Source of the DNA: a virus
DNA length: 64,000 nucleotides
Direction: 5' to 3' (one strand)
Virus record (IMG/VR): IMGVR_UViG_3300004806_000016
The notes below the pieces were generated by a model. It ran no database searches. It saw nothing but the letters and a program-made list of their open reading frames with translations, and was not told where the DNA came from. The position numbers and the translations under genes were made by a program. Below, piece by piece: positions 9,243 to 18,822 of the stretch (within the stretch, counting starts at the first letter, position 1; each line of letters starts with the position of its first letter).

Positions 9243-10502
9243 ATGGACAACAAATTTAAGTCACTAGAAACGATTATCAAAGAGATGGCAAATATCCATC
9301 GCAACTCAGAATTGCGTAAGAAGGTGACTAATGTTGCTCGTCCAGATACAGCGACTGATCCGACTGATGTAAAGTCAAAGATTGCTAAACAGGCTGAGAT
9401 CAAGAATAAGATAATTGATGAGGCTAAGGACGAAGCTCCTAAAAAAGATAGCAAGAGCGACGAATCCCATATGGATGATCCTAAAAAGGTCAAGGGCGGA
9501 AAGACTGAAGTTGACGTCCAGCCAACAACCGATGATAGACTGAGCGATGATTCGGCTGAGACTAAAGATTCAGATAAGACTCGCAGAAAAGAAAACAAGA
9601 AGATCGGTCAGAAGGGCGCACCAATTAAAGAGGCAGCTGATACTTCTGTTAAAAAATATGAAGGCCCAAAACATACATATGGCCCAGACGGTACTCGTCA
9701 TAAAGAAGTCTTAAAACAGATTAAAGACGTAATAACTAAACACCTAAATCACACTAATTTTAACAAGGAGGAGACTCAGATGTTCTCAGACAAGAAATTC
9801 GGAGTTTCCGAATCAGTAATCAAATCAGTTCTTGCTATCGTAGAAGCCGACAAGAATAAGTCAATTGACGGTGCTGAATCAGGTGCGAAGTCAGAAAAAG
9901 ACGAGACTAAAAAAGTAGCTAAGATGAAAGGTATGTGCCCATCTTGCAAAAAGAGTCCTTGTGAATGCATGAAAGAAGAAAAGTCATGTGGTTGTGGTGG
10001 TAACTGCAAGTGCTCTACAAATGAAGAGCTAAAGGGCGGTCAGAAGAAGCTAGATAAGAACCACAACGGTCATCTAGATAAGCAAGATTTCGAGATGCTT
10101 CGTGGCAAGAAAAAAATGAAAGAAGAAGCTGAACATCTTGACGAGATCTCAAAGAAAACAGCAATGAGTGCTTATCAAAGCGCAACTTTTGTAGACGATG
10201 AACACCCAAAAGCTGATGCGATTCGTGGTCACATTGAAAAGAAGTGGGGTAAGGAAATGGGTAAGCATGCTGATGCTCATGCTCATCTTTCAAACTATCC
10301 TCGCCACAATCCATTTCAAAAAGATGATAAGTTAAAGAGTGCAAAGCCAGCCTCAAAAATGAGAACAACTGCTTCAGGTAAAATCCATAAGCAAGACATT
10401 GCTGCAAAGAAAACGGAAATTAAGTCACGCATGAAAGAAGAAGTTGAATTTTCTGCTGAAGAAATTGCACGTATCGAAGCAATCGCCAAGGAAATGGAAT
10501 AA
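9243..10502 (+). CDS. Highly charged prohead-core/internal-head-like protein
   Basis: Lys/Glu-rich with repeated xKEE motifs, a Cys cluster and an EF-hand-like LDKNHNGHLDKQDF. Confidence 0.6.
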   Translation: MDNKFKSLETIIKEMANIHRNSELRKKVTNVARPDTATDPTDVKSKIAKQAEIKNKIIDEAKDEAPKKDSKSDESHMDDPKKVKGGKTEVDVQPTTDDRLSDDSAETKDSDKTRRKENKKIGQKGAPIKEAADTSVKKYEGPKHTYGPDGTRHKEVLKQIKDVITKHLNHTNFNKEETQMFSDKKFGVSESVIKSVLAIVEADKNKSIDGAESGAKSEKDETKKVAKMKGMCPSCKKSPCECMKEEKSCGCGGNCKCSTNEELKGGQKKLDKNHNGHLDKQDFEMLRGKKKMKEEAEHLDEISKKTAMSAYQSATFVDDEHPKADAIRGHIEKKWGKEMGKHADAHAHLSNYPRHNPFQKDDKLKSAKPASKMRTTASGKIHKQDIAAKKTEIKSRMKEEVEFSAEEIARIEAIAKEME

Positions 10503-11281
10503 TGCACAGTTTCAGCCAGTGGCTAGAAGAAGCCAAGAAAAAAACATCAGAGAAGTATCCTGTATCTGCTGATGGCATCCAGAAAGGTGCCAACGGCGGT
10601 CAGGGCGGCGTAAACGATAAGAACGATTCAACAGATGATCGTACTGAGAGCGTCGAAGAAGGTTTTGTTTCTGGCAATAGACCAAACTCAAAACCAAATG
10701 CTTCTACCCACTCAAAGGCAGCGAATGCTCCTTCTAGCGCAGCATCATCACAAAATGCAGCGAATGCTGTTGTTGCTAAGAATATGGCTGCTTCGATAGC
10801 TGCTAAGAAACAACAAGAAAAACAAGCTGAGGACCAAAAGAAGATAGCTCAGAAGAATGCTGAAGCCGAAAAGGCCAAGGCGATTAATCCACCATCTTCA
10901 AATCAGAAACCAACTACAGTTTCTAAACCAGCGAAGGCAATGGGTGAAGAGCTTGTTACTGAGGGTCGCCCAAGAAAAGATGCTAATCCTGATGAGGGTC
11001 CGTCAAAACACCCAATCAATCAGCTAAGATTGGTTATCTCTACTCGTGGCATGCATCATTTTGAACATAAGAATGGCAAGAAAACAGCCATGAGCCCACC
11101 AACTGCTCATAAGCTGCTTGCTAGACATGATAATATGAAGACACCAGCAGAAAAAGATGAATATGCACAGCGTATGCATCATAGCCCAGAATCATTGAAA
11201 GATGTAATTCATGGTAAACCTGCTGAACATAAGCCAAAGATCTCTCTTGGTGGTTCTAAGAATGTAGGTGGGGTAAAATGA
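10502..11281 (+). CDS. Putative internal head protein
   Basis: Starts MHSFSQWLEE (CTS-like); low-complexity Ala/Lys. Confidence 0.55.
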   Translation: MHSFSQWLEEAKKKTSEKYPVSADGIQKGANGGQGGVNDKNDSTDDRTESVEEGFVSGNRPNSKPNASTHSKAANAPSSAASSQNAANAVVAKNMAASIAAKKQQEKQAEDQKKIAQKNAEAEKAKAINPPSSNQKPTTVSKPAKAMGEELVTEGRPRKDANPDEGPSKHPINQLRLVISTRGMHHFEHKNGKKTAMSPPTAHKLLARHDNMKTPAEKDEYAQRMHHSPESLKDVIHGKPAEHKPKISLGGSKNVGGVK

Positions 11282-11556
11282 GTTTAAATGTGAACAATCT
11301 AGTTATTGTTCCGCCTCCCCCAAAAGAAACAATGGGTGGAGTTACTGCGTCTAAGATTGTCATTTTAGGAAAACCAGAAGAAATTACTCCTCAGACAACT
11401 GGAGCCATATCTGCTGGTAATATTGTAATTCAGAATAAACCAAAAGCTAGTTATGCAGTATTAAGAGATCCTAGAGTATTGCAGAAAAAGACCCCAGATA
11501 AGACTAAAAGGGTATCTAGTTTTATGCATGACATGACGACAGTTCGTAAAATATAA
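11278..11556 (+). CDS. Hypothetical protein
   Basis: ATGA overlap; three NxVI-type repeats. Confidence 0.5.
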   Translation: MSLNVNNLVIVPPPPKETMGGVTASKIVILGKPEEITPQTTGAISAGNIVIQNKPKASYAVLRDPRVLQKKTPDKTKRVSSFMHDMTTVRKI

Positions 11557-11591
11557 ATAATAAAAAACAATTCCTTAGGAGGATATCTAAA

Positions 11592-12863
11592 ATGGCACAA
11601 TGGGGTAGAAACGATCAAGGTGTTACTGCGAATAGCAGCACTACAAAGGAGACTTCAAATGGCGCTCCTATGGGACTATGGTCTAGAGTAAAAGGCGGTG
11701 GTGAAGTTGCATCTGTTCGTTCAGATGGCGCCAACGCTCACTTCGGTAATACATCTTCAGGCTCTCGCGCTGCTGTGGACGTAACACTATTCGGTAATAC
11801 TACCGTTGGTGCGTTTATACCAGGAAAAGCTGTTGGTGTGTTTGCTGTTAATGCTGCGATGATGGCATCGACAGGTGGTAACGTTGTTATTGCTTATGTT
11901 ACATCAGGCGGTTCTGGTTATCAAGCAAATGCTGCAGTTACTCTAACAGTAACAAATGGTGGGTCTGGTGCAGTCGTTAACGCTCATGCTAATACTTCAA
12001 CAAATGCAGGTCGTATCGATTCTCTTCTAATCTCGACTCCAGGTGCTGGATACGTTACTTCACCAACAGTAGCAATTGCTGCTCCAGGTGCAATTAACAT
12101 CGCAGCAAATACAAACACTATCCCAGTACCAGCTGCAAATAACATTACAGCAAACACTGCTGGTGTTGTTAATAACGCATTGCTTATCACTTCAGCGAAT
12201 ACAAAATGGAACGTAAATGACCACTTGTATTATGGTGTTCCTGCTTCCAACACTGCAATCCCAGGTCTAACTGGTAACTCTTACTACTATGTAGCATTCG
12301 CTAACTCAACTGGTATCCAACTTTCAAGCACAGTTGGTGGCTCTGTAATTACATTGTCTCCAGGTACTTCTAGCAGCGGCGAAACTCATACAGTTACTGG
12401 CGATGCTTCTTTCATTAAAGTTACAACTGCTAACTCATACTGGCAGATTGGTGATAGATTCTACTATGGCGTTCCAACTTCTAACACTGCTTTTGGTGGC
12501 CTAAGCAGTAACTCTTACTACTATATCTCTTTCGCGAATACTACTGGTATTAAGATTGCTAACAGCCCAACTGGCGCTAACTTGACATTCGGTGTTACTA
12601 CAATTCCAACTGCTTCTTCGCCAGAAACTCATACAATCAAGGGCGATACAGCAACTGGTTATGTTGACGTAAATACCGATAATCCTCTAGTAACTCACGT
12701 TGGTTGGGTTCTTCGTACAGAAGGTACTGGTGGTCGTGCTGGTCGCGTTCATTATGAGACTCTTGTAGCGATGCACTCAATCGGCCAGAGCGGAACTACT
12801 GCTACAGGCGTAACTGGTCCATCTAATACTGTTACTTCGAATACTGTTGACCAATACGTATAA
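11592..12863 (+). CDS. Virion structural protein with an internal tandem domain repeat
   Basis: Late promoter at 11552 and AGGAGG RBS. Termini MAQWG...HVGWV...GRAGRVHYETLVAM. Two copies of W..D..YYGVP.SNTA..GL..NSYYY..FAN.TGI. Confidence 0.75.
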   Translation: MAQWGRNDQGVTANSSTTKETSNGAPMGLWSRVKGGGEVASVRSDGANAHFGNTSSGSRAAVDVTLFGNTTVGAFIPGKAVGVFAVNAAMMASTGGNVVIAYVTSGGSGYQANAAVTLTVTNGGSGAVVNAHANTSTNAGRIDSLLISTPGAGYVTSPTVAIAAPGAINIAANTNTIPVPAANNITANTAGVVNNALLITSANTKWNVNDHLYYGVPASNTAIPGLTGNSYYYVAFANSTGIQLSSTVGGSVITLSPGTSSSGETHTVTGDASFIKVTTANSYWQIGDRFYYGVPTSNTAFGGLSSNSYYYISFANTTGIKIANSPTGANLTFGVTTIPTASSPETHTIKGDTATGYVDVNTDNPLVTHVGWVLRTEGTGGRAGRVHYETLVAMHSIGQSGTTATGVTGPSNTVTSNTVDQYV

Positions 12864-12877
12864 TCGGTAACTAGATA

Positions 12878-13480
12878 ATGGCAAATGACTCTAGAAGAGT
12901 TTCACAACTAAGTCAGACCTCGAGCCTTTCAGCAAATGATAGGCTCGTGGTCTTAACAGGCATAACAGCCAATACCCCAAATACACAGACAATCTCTGTT
13001 AACAATTTTATATACGCTACAATAAACAATTTTCCTGTTGCCAACACATCACAAGTTGGCGTAGTTAAGACCGACGGTCTAACAATATCTGCAGCAGCAA
13101 ATGGTGTCATATCTACTACTAGAACTAATATTCTCAGTGTTACAACAGCAACATATTCTGGTTCTACAGTTGAAGTTGATCTAACAAAATCAATAGTAAA
13201 ACTTGCCCCACATAATAACACAGGTAGCCCACACTATCATATTGCAGATGGTGTAGAAGGTCAGATAATGTATCTTGTTGCTGGTGGTGCTTTGAGTGGA
13301 AACTATACTAATATCAGATTTGCTCACTGTAGATTTTCAGATGCTAACAGTGGTTCTCCTAATACCATATACGAATATAATGATAATGGTTGGTGGTTGC
13401 CTTTCCAAAATGGTGGTACGATCGTCACTATAATTTTTACTAATGGCTACTGGAATCTTCCGCATAACATTTTTGACTAA
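12878..13480 (+). CDS. Virion structural / fibre-associated protein
   Basis: N-terminal RVSQL.....LS..D.LVV motif typical of phage fibre proteins. Confidence 0.6.
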   Translation: MANDSRRVSQLSQTSSLSANDRLVVLTGITANTPNTQTISVNNFIYATINNFPVANTSQVGVVKTDGLTISAAANGVISTTRTNILSVTTATYSGSTVEVDLTKSIVKLAPHNNTGSPHYHIADGVEGQIMYLVAGGALSGNYTNIRFAHCRFSDANSGSPNTIYEYNDNGWWLPFQNGGTIVTIIFTNGYWNLPHNIFD

Positions 13481-13491
13481 AGAAATAGATA

Positions 13492-13881
13492 ATGCATGAA
13501 AAATTGACTGATGATAATTTTGTGATTTATGCAGCTAAACATTATGACAATCCCCACTGTCTATCTACAGATGAGTTTTTGGAAGATCTGAAAAGAATTA
13601 AATATATTAAGAAATTGTTGACAAGATACATTGAGAACAGTGATTTGAAAGAGCGACTAATACTCAATCATCTCATAGTTCTCAATAATCTTTTTGGGGC
13701 TGAACATCTCTGTCGCATATTATATCTTAAGATGAGACTACAGTTTAAATATCTTAAACCATTTTTATTAATGATGAATATACTTCCTGAAAAGATGTAT
13801 AACATTAAAGATGAAAAAATAATAGAAATAGATATGATTCCGATGGATGATCGAATTATCGAGGTACTAAGAAATGTCTAA
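13492..13881 (+). CDS. Conserved T4-like hypothetical protein
   Basis: LTDDNF..YAAKHYDNP.C...EF.EDLKR.KY motif. Confidence 0.75.
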   Translation: MHEKLTDDNFVIYAAKHYDNPHCLSTDEFLEDLKRIKYIKKLLTRYIENSDLKERLILNHLIVLNNLFGAEHLCRILYLKMRLQFKYLKPFLLMMNILPEKMYNIKDEKIIEIDMIPMDDRIIEVLRNV

Positions 13882-14050
13882 TATAAAAGAAGATTCTGGT
13901 GCTATTGCTCCTGCAGCTGTTAATTCGGTCGGCGCTGGTGGTATGGGTTCGACCAGTCAAGGGCCAATCCAGGGTTATGATCCTTTTCTTGAGAAGCCAA
14001 AGAAAAAGAAACTACGCGATATTGTAAGAAGAAAGATGCCAAATGGTTGA
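13874..14050 (+). CDS. 58-aa hypothetical protein (not in ORF track)
   Basis: GAGG RBS; MSNIKED...NSVG...IQGYDP; fills the gap between neighbours exactly. Confidence 0.6.
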   Translation: MSNIKEDSGAIAPAAVNSVGAGGMGSTSQGPIQGYDPFLEKPKKKKLRDIVRRKMPNG

Positions 14051-14420
14051 TCAAATTGATCGTTTAGAAAGTGCAATCGAACGCCTAGCCGATATATCAA
14101 CGGATCTAAAAGCGATGTTGGCAGCACACGAACAGCGTATCAATCAATCTGAAAAAGATACAGGCGTGCTGTTTAAGCTCGCCGAGAATAGAAGAAAAGA
14201 ATACGACGCAAAAATCGACGAAGTCTATAACAGCATGAACGAAAAAGACGATAAGATTCTCTCAGAACTAAAAGCCCATCGCGAGGCTTCCGCGAAGGAA
14301 CACGAATCTCTATCAAAAAGAATTACAATATTAGAAAAATATATCTGGCTCGCGATTGGCGGCGCCACTGTAATATCTTCGCTAATGCCATATATGATAA
14401 AAATGGTAACTGGCCACTAA
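14043..14420 (+). CDS. Coiled-coil protein with C-terminal TM segment
   Basis: Heptad pattern followed by LEKYIWLAIGG; usual position upstream of primase. Confidence 0.65.
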   Translation: MVDQIDRLESAIERLADISTDLKAMLAAHEQRINQSEKDTGVLFKLAENRRKEYDAKIDEVYNSMNEKDDKILSELKAHREASAKEHESLSKRITILEKYIWLAIGGATVISSLMPYMIKMVTGH

Positions 14421-14484
14421 AATAATCCTTGCTTTTTTCACAGAAACCAGTATAATTATATTGTGAACGTGATGAGGATTATGA

Positions 14485-15507
14485 ATGAATTGGTTAGAGC
14501 ACAAATACGTAGGTCTATTATCACCGCGACTTAGAAACTATAAGCGTAAGTCAGCAGGTCTCTATAACTTCTCCTGCCCCATATGTGGTGACTCTGAGAG
14601 CAATAAATCAAAAGCAAGAGCATATATTTATGAGAAGAAGGGCAAGTCAGCCTTTCATTGTCATAACTGTAATGCATCGATGGGTGTTCCGAACTTCATC
14701 AAGATGATTGATCAGAACATCTATAATGAATTTATCATGGAGAGGCTGAAAGATAACAAGTCTCCAGAACAGACTGAGTTGGATAATTTCGTCAGTAAGA
14801 TGAAGAAGCCAGTGTTTCTCAAGGAGGGGCCACTGAAGGGTCTTAAAAAGATCAGCCAACTATCCCCAGACCACCCAGCTAAATTACTTATTGATAGTAG
14901 AAAGATTCCTACGCCATACCATGCTAAGTTGTTCTTGTGTCCTAATTTTAAAACATTTACGAATGACTTAATTCCAGATAAATTTTCTGAAGAGAGTCTG
15001 AAGAGAGATGAGACAAGAATACTTATACCGTTCTTTGATAAGAGCAAGAGACTTCATGCTTATCAGGGAAGGGCGATTGGTAAATCTGAGCCGAGATATA
15101 TTACTATTATACTCGATGAGGAGGTACCAAAAATATATGGGCTGGACACTGTTGATGAGAGATATAAGATCTACGTCTTCGAGGGCCCAATTGATTCTAT
15201 GTTTATTCCTAACGGTGTTGCCACTGCTGGTGGTGATCTCGTATCTTCTCTTAAGGGATTCGATAAGTCTAACATCGTTATCGTCTATGATAATGAACCA
15301 AGAAATCGTGATACAATTAAAAAACTTGACAAAGCCATAATGCAGGGTTATAATGTATGCATATGGCCAGAGAATCTAGATTCGAAAGACGTAAATGATA
15401 TGGTGAAGACGGGTCTATCGCCCGAGTTCGTAAAACACATTATTGACACGAATACATATAAGGACTTGGCTGCTAAATTGGCGCTTACAAAATGGAGTAA
15501 AAGTTGA
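14485..15507 (+). CDS. 61: DNA primase
   Basis: CPICGDS...CHNC zinc finger; EGPIDSMF, YDNEPR and KDVND TOPRIM motifs; TTGCTT-N17-TATAAT promoter upstream. Confidence 0.95.
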   Translation: MNWLEHKYVGLLSPRLRNYKRKSAGLYNFSCPICGDSESNKSKARAYIYEKKGKSAFHCHNCNASMGVPNFIKMIDQNIYNEFIMERLKDNKSPEQTELDNFVSKMKKPVFLKEGPLKGLKKISQLSPDHPAKLLIDSRKIPTPYHAKLFLCPNFKTFTNDLIPDKFSEESLKRDETRILIPFFDKSKRLHAYQGRAIGKSEPRYITIILDEEVPKIYGLDTVDERYKIYVFEGPIDSMFIPNGVATAGGDLVSSLKGFDKSNIVIVYDNEPRNRDTIKKLDKAIMQGYNVCIWPENLDSKDVNDMVKTGLSPEFVKHIIDTNTYKDLAAKLALTKWSKS

Positions 15508-15508
15508 G

Positions 15509-15712
15509 ATGATGGTAGAATTTACGAATACTGGCATGCATGCTGGTAATCCTATATGGATCAATAAGAATCAAATCATAGCATGTTATGAGATCCCAAC
15601 AGAGGGTGGGAGCCTGTCGACTAGAATTTATGGCGGTTCTCCTGCCATTGAATGGATTGTTGAAGAAAGTTTGAATGAAGTAATAAGGAAGATTAATGAT
15701 GAACAGCGCTAA
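15509..15712 (+). CDS. Small hypothetical protein (FlbD-like)
   Basis: PIWIN...I....VEESL.EV pattern. Confidence 0.5.
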   Translation: MMVEFTNTGMHAGNPIWINKNQIIACYEIPTEGGSLSTRIYGGSPAIEWIVEESLNEVIRKINDEQR

Positions 15713-16403
15713 GATCGTAGCAGTAACACAACCAACTATTAGCAACCCAGATGATCCATTTGATTCTCTGATGGAAATAAATGACTTCATCGCCTATGTT
15801 GCCCGAGTCTCTAATCCGTCTAATCAGAATAACACTCTTACGGCCAACAAACTATTGAAGTATCTGGCCAAGCATAAGCACTGGTCGCCGTTTGAGATGG
15901 TTCATGTTGTGATGGAGATTAACACGACTCGTGACATTGCCCGTCAGATTCTGCGTCACCGTAGCTTTACGTTTCAGGAGTTTAGTCAGCGTTATGCTGA
16001 TCCTACAAATGACTTGGGGTTTGTTACTCGCGAAGCTCGTTTGCAAGATCCCAAGAATCGCCAGAATAGTATAGCAATTAATCCAGGCGATGGGGAAAAT
16101 GTTGCTAATTTTATGAGTGATTGGCACTGGCAACAGCAAAATATGATTGATGCAGCAAAGAGTGCATATGATTGGGCAATTGAAAATGGAATCGCAAAAG
16201 AACAAGCAAGAGCAGTACTCCCAGAAGGTCTTACAGTTTCTCGCATGTATATGGCTGGCTCTCTGCGTAGTTGGATACATTATTGCCAATTGAGAATGGC
16301 AAACGGAACCCAGAAAGAACATCAGGAAGTTGCTACTGATGCTTGGTATCAACTGACTTCAAAATTCTCATCATTAAAGGATAGTCTCAATGATCTCAGT
16401 TAA
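15696..16403 (+). CDS. thyX: Flavin-dependent thymidylate synthase
   Basis: HWSPFE, RHRSFTFQEFSQRY and EQARAVLP motifs. Confidence 0.95.
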   Translation: MMNSAKIVAVTQPTISNPDDPFDSLMEINDFIAYVARVSNPSNQNNTLTANKLLKYLAKHKHWSPFEMVHVVMEINTTRDIARQILRHRSFTFQEFSQRYADPTNDLGFVTREARLQDPKNRQNSIAINPGDGENVANFMSDWHWQQQNMIDAAKSAYDWAIENGIAKEQARAVLPEGLTVSRMYMAGSLRSWIHYCQLRMANGTQKEHQEVATDAWYQLTSKFSSLKDSLNDLS

Positions 16404-16884
16404 GGGTGCTTCTAACTATCTTACTAAGAAAGAATTGTGGTACGTTAAGGATCTCTGCGAATTTATATGTGACAAATTTTTCACAAAACGTCTACAAGAT
16501 AAGCTCGAGATTACTGTAAAGTTTTCAGATTTTTTAGAAAAGGAAGGTTTCTTGGGCGACTGTGGATGGGAAGATAATCATTATCGTCCTAGGGAATTTA
16601 CCATTAATGTCGATCGCCACGGTAGGTTTGCTCAGATCATCAACACCGTAGCCCATGAGATGGTTCATGTTAAACAGATGGCTAAGGGCGAGTTCTATCA
16701 GCTCATGCGCCAGCCATCAGGCATACACAAATACAACGGTAAGATCGTAGATCAGAATAAGGTTGATTATTGGGATCAGCCTTGGGAGATTGAAGCCCAC
16801 GGTAGAGCAATTGGATTGGTCAACCAGTGGGCTAGAGATAGGAAGTTTTCTATTTCTGTCTGCGAGAAAGTAATCTTAGATTAA
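16390..16884 (+). CDS. Zn metallopeptidase-like protein
   Basis: AHEMVHVKQ (HExxH) and PWEIEA. Confidence 0.75.
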   Translation: MISVKGASNYLTKKELWYVKDLCEFICDKFFTKRLQDKLEITVKFSDFLEKEGFLGDCGWEDNHYRPREFTINVDRHGRFAQIINTVAHEMVHVKQMAKGEFYQLMRQPSGIHKYNGKIVDQNKVDYWDQPWEIEAHGRAIGLVNQWARDRKFSISVCEKVILD

Positions 16885-17349
16885 CAACATATAACCTTGG
16901 GCGAATAGTAGGCTGGCAAATACCGCACAACCTACACTCGCCCAGAGTAGCTCCATACTGACAGCAAGTATGGAAGTGGAAGAGAGAACCATGGCAATCT
17001 GAAGGAATGTAATAGCCATTGAATACCATGGGCTACGCTTCTTAGCTTCGTCTCTATCAGCTTCGAGTTTACGAGCCTCGTTCATGATCTCTTTCTTTTC
17101 ATTCTCATACTTTGCTATTACTTTCTCGTCCGGCTCTACGCGAAGCTCATAGATGTTCTGCTTGATAGACTTTGCCTGATAGAAAGACCAAGTGTCGTTG
17201 ATCGATAATGTGTTGCTAAGAATCTTAGAACTGTTGCCATTTGATACTAAAGTGAATGTTGCAAGAAGTAAAGCAAAAACTGAAATGGTGATAGCACCAC
17301 GTCCCTTCATTACTGCTTCGCCCTCCGATCTCGACATACCTTTTAACAT
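16876..17349 (-). CDS. DUF4337-like membrane protein
   Basis: DTWSFYQAKSIK and LQIA.VL.S motifs; three TM segments. Confidence 0.7.
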   Translation of the reverse strand: MLKGMSRSEGEAVMKGRGAITISVFALLLATFTLVSNGNSSKILSNTLSINDTWSFYQAKSIKQNIYELRVEPDEKVIAKYENEKKEIMNEARKLEADRDEAKKRSPWYSMAITFLQIAMVLSSTSILAVSMELLWASVGCAVFASLLFAQGYMLLI

Positions 17350-17651
17350 TATTTTCCTCCAATTAAACTCTTAAGTAAACCTACACCCTGTTTTGCCTGC
17401 ATCATATCTACTGGGCCACTCTGTATTGAACCCCAAACCACAGCAAAAAGCAATAGTAGTGTCAGACCACAATTGATGATCTGTATGACTGAGCCAATGC
17501 CGAGTAGGTGCTCGACTCTAACTAACTCGCGGATCAGCAAGCTAACCATCTCAACTTCAGTCTTACATCTTTCAGCTTCATTTAACCAGAATGCTTTTTC
17601 TTTCATCTCTGGTGGATATCTACGTTTAACTTCTTGATCTACGATTGCCAT
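17349..17651 (-). CDS. Hypothetical membrane protein
   Basis: Coupled to neighbours; TM segment. Confidence 0.55.
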   Translation of the reverse strand: MAIVDQEVKRRYPPEMKEKAFWLNEAERCKTEVEMVSLLIRELVRVEHLLGIGSVIQIINCGLTLLLLFAVVWGSIQSGPVDMMQAKQGVGLLKSLIGGK

Positions 17652-18202
17652 TATTTTATACCAGCTTTAAATTCTAGTATCGACAATCTCTTATCAACGT
17701 TACCTCTTGATACAGCAGCATCTAAAGCTAGTTTATCTATACGGTCGCCTAATTCTTCTCTCAACTGTTGTCTACCCAATGCAGCTTCTGCTTTTATCGC
17801 TGCCCTCGCTTGCGCAGCGTCAGCCTGCATCTCGAGTGTAATCTTTTGATTGGATGCGATACTTTTTTCTCTGTCGAGAGTCATAGCGGCTCTTGCCAAA
17901 GCTGCGTCCCTTTCCACTTTGTCTATCTTTTCATTTAGTGATTCTCTGATTTGTGCCATATCAATAGTTGTTCCTTGTGGAGGAATAGCTTTATTATCAG
18001 CATTAACAACTACAGCGATTTTAGACTTGAGTTGAATGATCTCGTTGTTAGCACTGCTCAATGCTGACATCAAGTAAACGACGCAGCTAAAAAGAATAGG
18101 AATGCCAGCGAATACAATTTTTTCAATCAACGCACCCTTAGTTTGGTTAGAAGCTAATTGTTGTTCAACCGCTGCAATTTTTTTGTCTTCATCAGTTAAC
18201 AT
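17651..18202 (-). CDS. Hypothetical TM + coiled-coil protein
   Basis: GGAG RBS; TM segment, then helical repeats (AALARAAM/AAQARAAI). Confidence 0.6.
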   Translation of the reverse strand: MLTDEDKKIAAVEQQLASNQTKGALIEKIVFAGIPILFSCVVYLMSALSSANNEIIQLKSKIAVVVNADNKAIPPQGTTIDMAQIRESLNEKIDKVERDAALARAAMTLDREKSIASNQKITLEMQADAAQARAAIKAEAALGRQQLREELGDRIDKLALDAAVSRGNVDKRLSILEFKAGIK

Positions 18203-18227
18203 GGTTTACTCCATTTTTTTTTTATTA

Positions 18228-18707
18228 TTAGAATCCTGGTAATATTTTTGATAACATGTGGTAGGTTGCATAATCTCCGCTTGCTTTTGATAGCATAGCA
18301 AACCCAGCTAGCATTACCCAAAGAAGAGCAGGAAGAACAATCAGTAGAACGAAAGCAAGAACCATTAACTGTTCTCTTTCCTCAGCAGCTTCTTTTGCTT
18401 CAACTTCTGCACGTGCAGCTGCTTTGGCTAATTCAGCCTTATCTTTAAAGTATTTTTCTTTTTCTGCGGTGGAAAGTGTCATGAGCATGCGAGCTTCTTC
18501 TTCTTGAAGTTTCTTCGCATTTTCTGCTTTAATCTTGGCATTCTTAATCATCTGTCTCTGGTTCTGCAACTTCATCTTGTTGTTTGCAGCTTCTTTCATA
18601 CCTTTTTGATTCTTGAAAAGGTCTGTAATACCAAAAATAGACTCAGTGAGAACTTCGCCCCAAGCCTTGCCGAGCTTGGCAGCTTCTTTCGGATCTGACG
18701 GTAACAT
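18228..18707 (-). CDS. Hypothetical coiled-coil membrane protein
   Basis: GAGG RBS; C-terminal TM segment. Confidence 0.6.
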   Translation of the reverse strand: MLPSDPKEAAKLGKAWGEVLTESIFGITDLFKNQKGMKEAANNKMKLQNQRQMIKNAKIKAENAKKLQEEEARMLMTLSTAEKEKYFKDKAELAKAAARAEVEAKEAAEEREQLMVLAFVLLIVLPALLWVMLAGFAMLSKASGDYATYHMLSKILPGF

Positions 18708-18822
18708 GGAATACCTCTTTATTAAAATTTACTATAATCAGAAAAAAATAATAAAGAATCAGACGTGGTATTTATTAACAACTGATACTATAAGTAGGTA
18801 GTAATCAGAAAAAGAGGCATGT

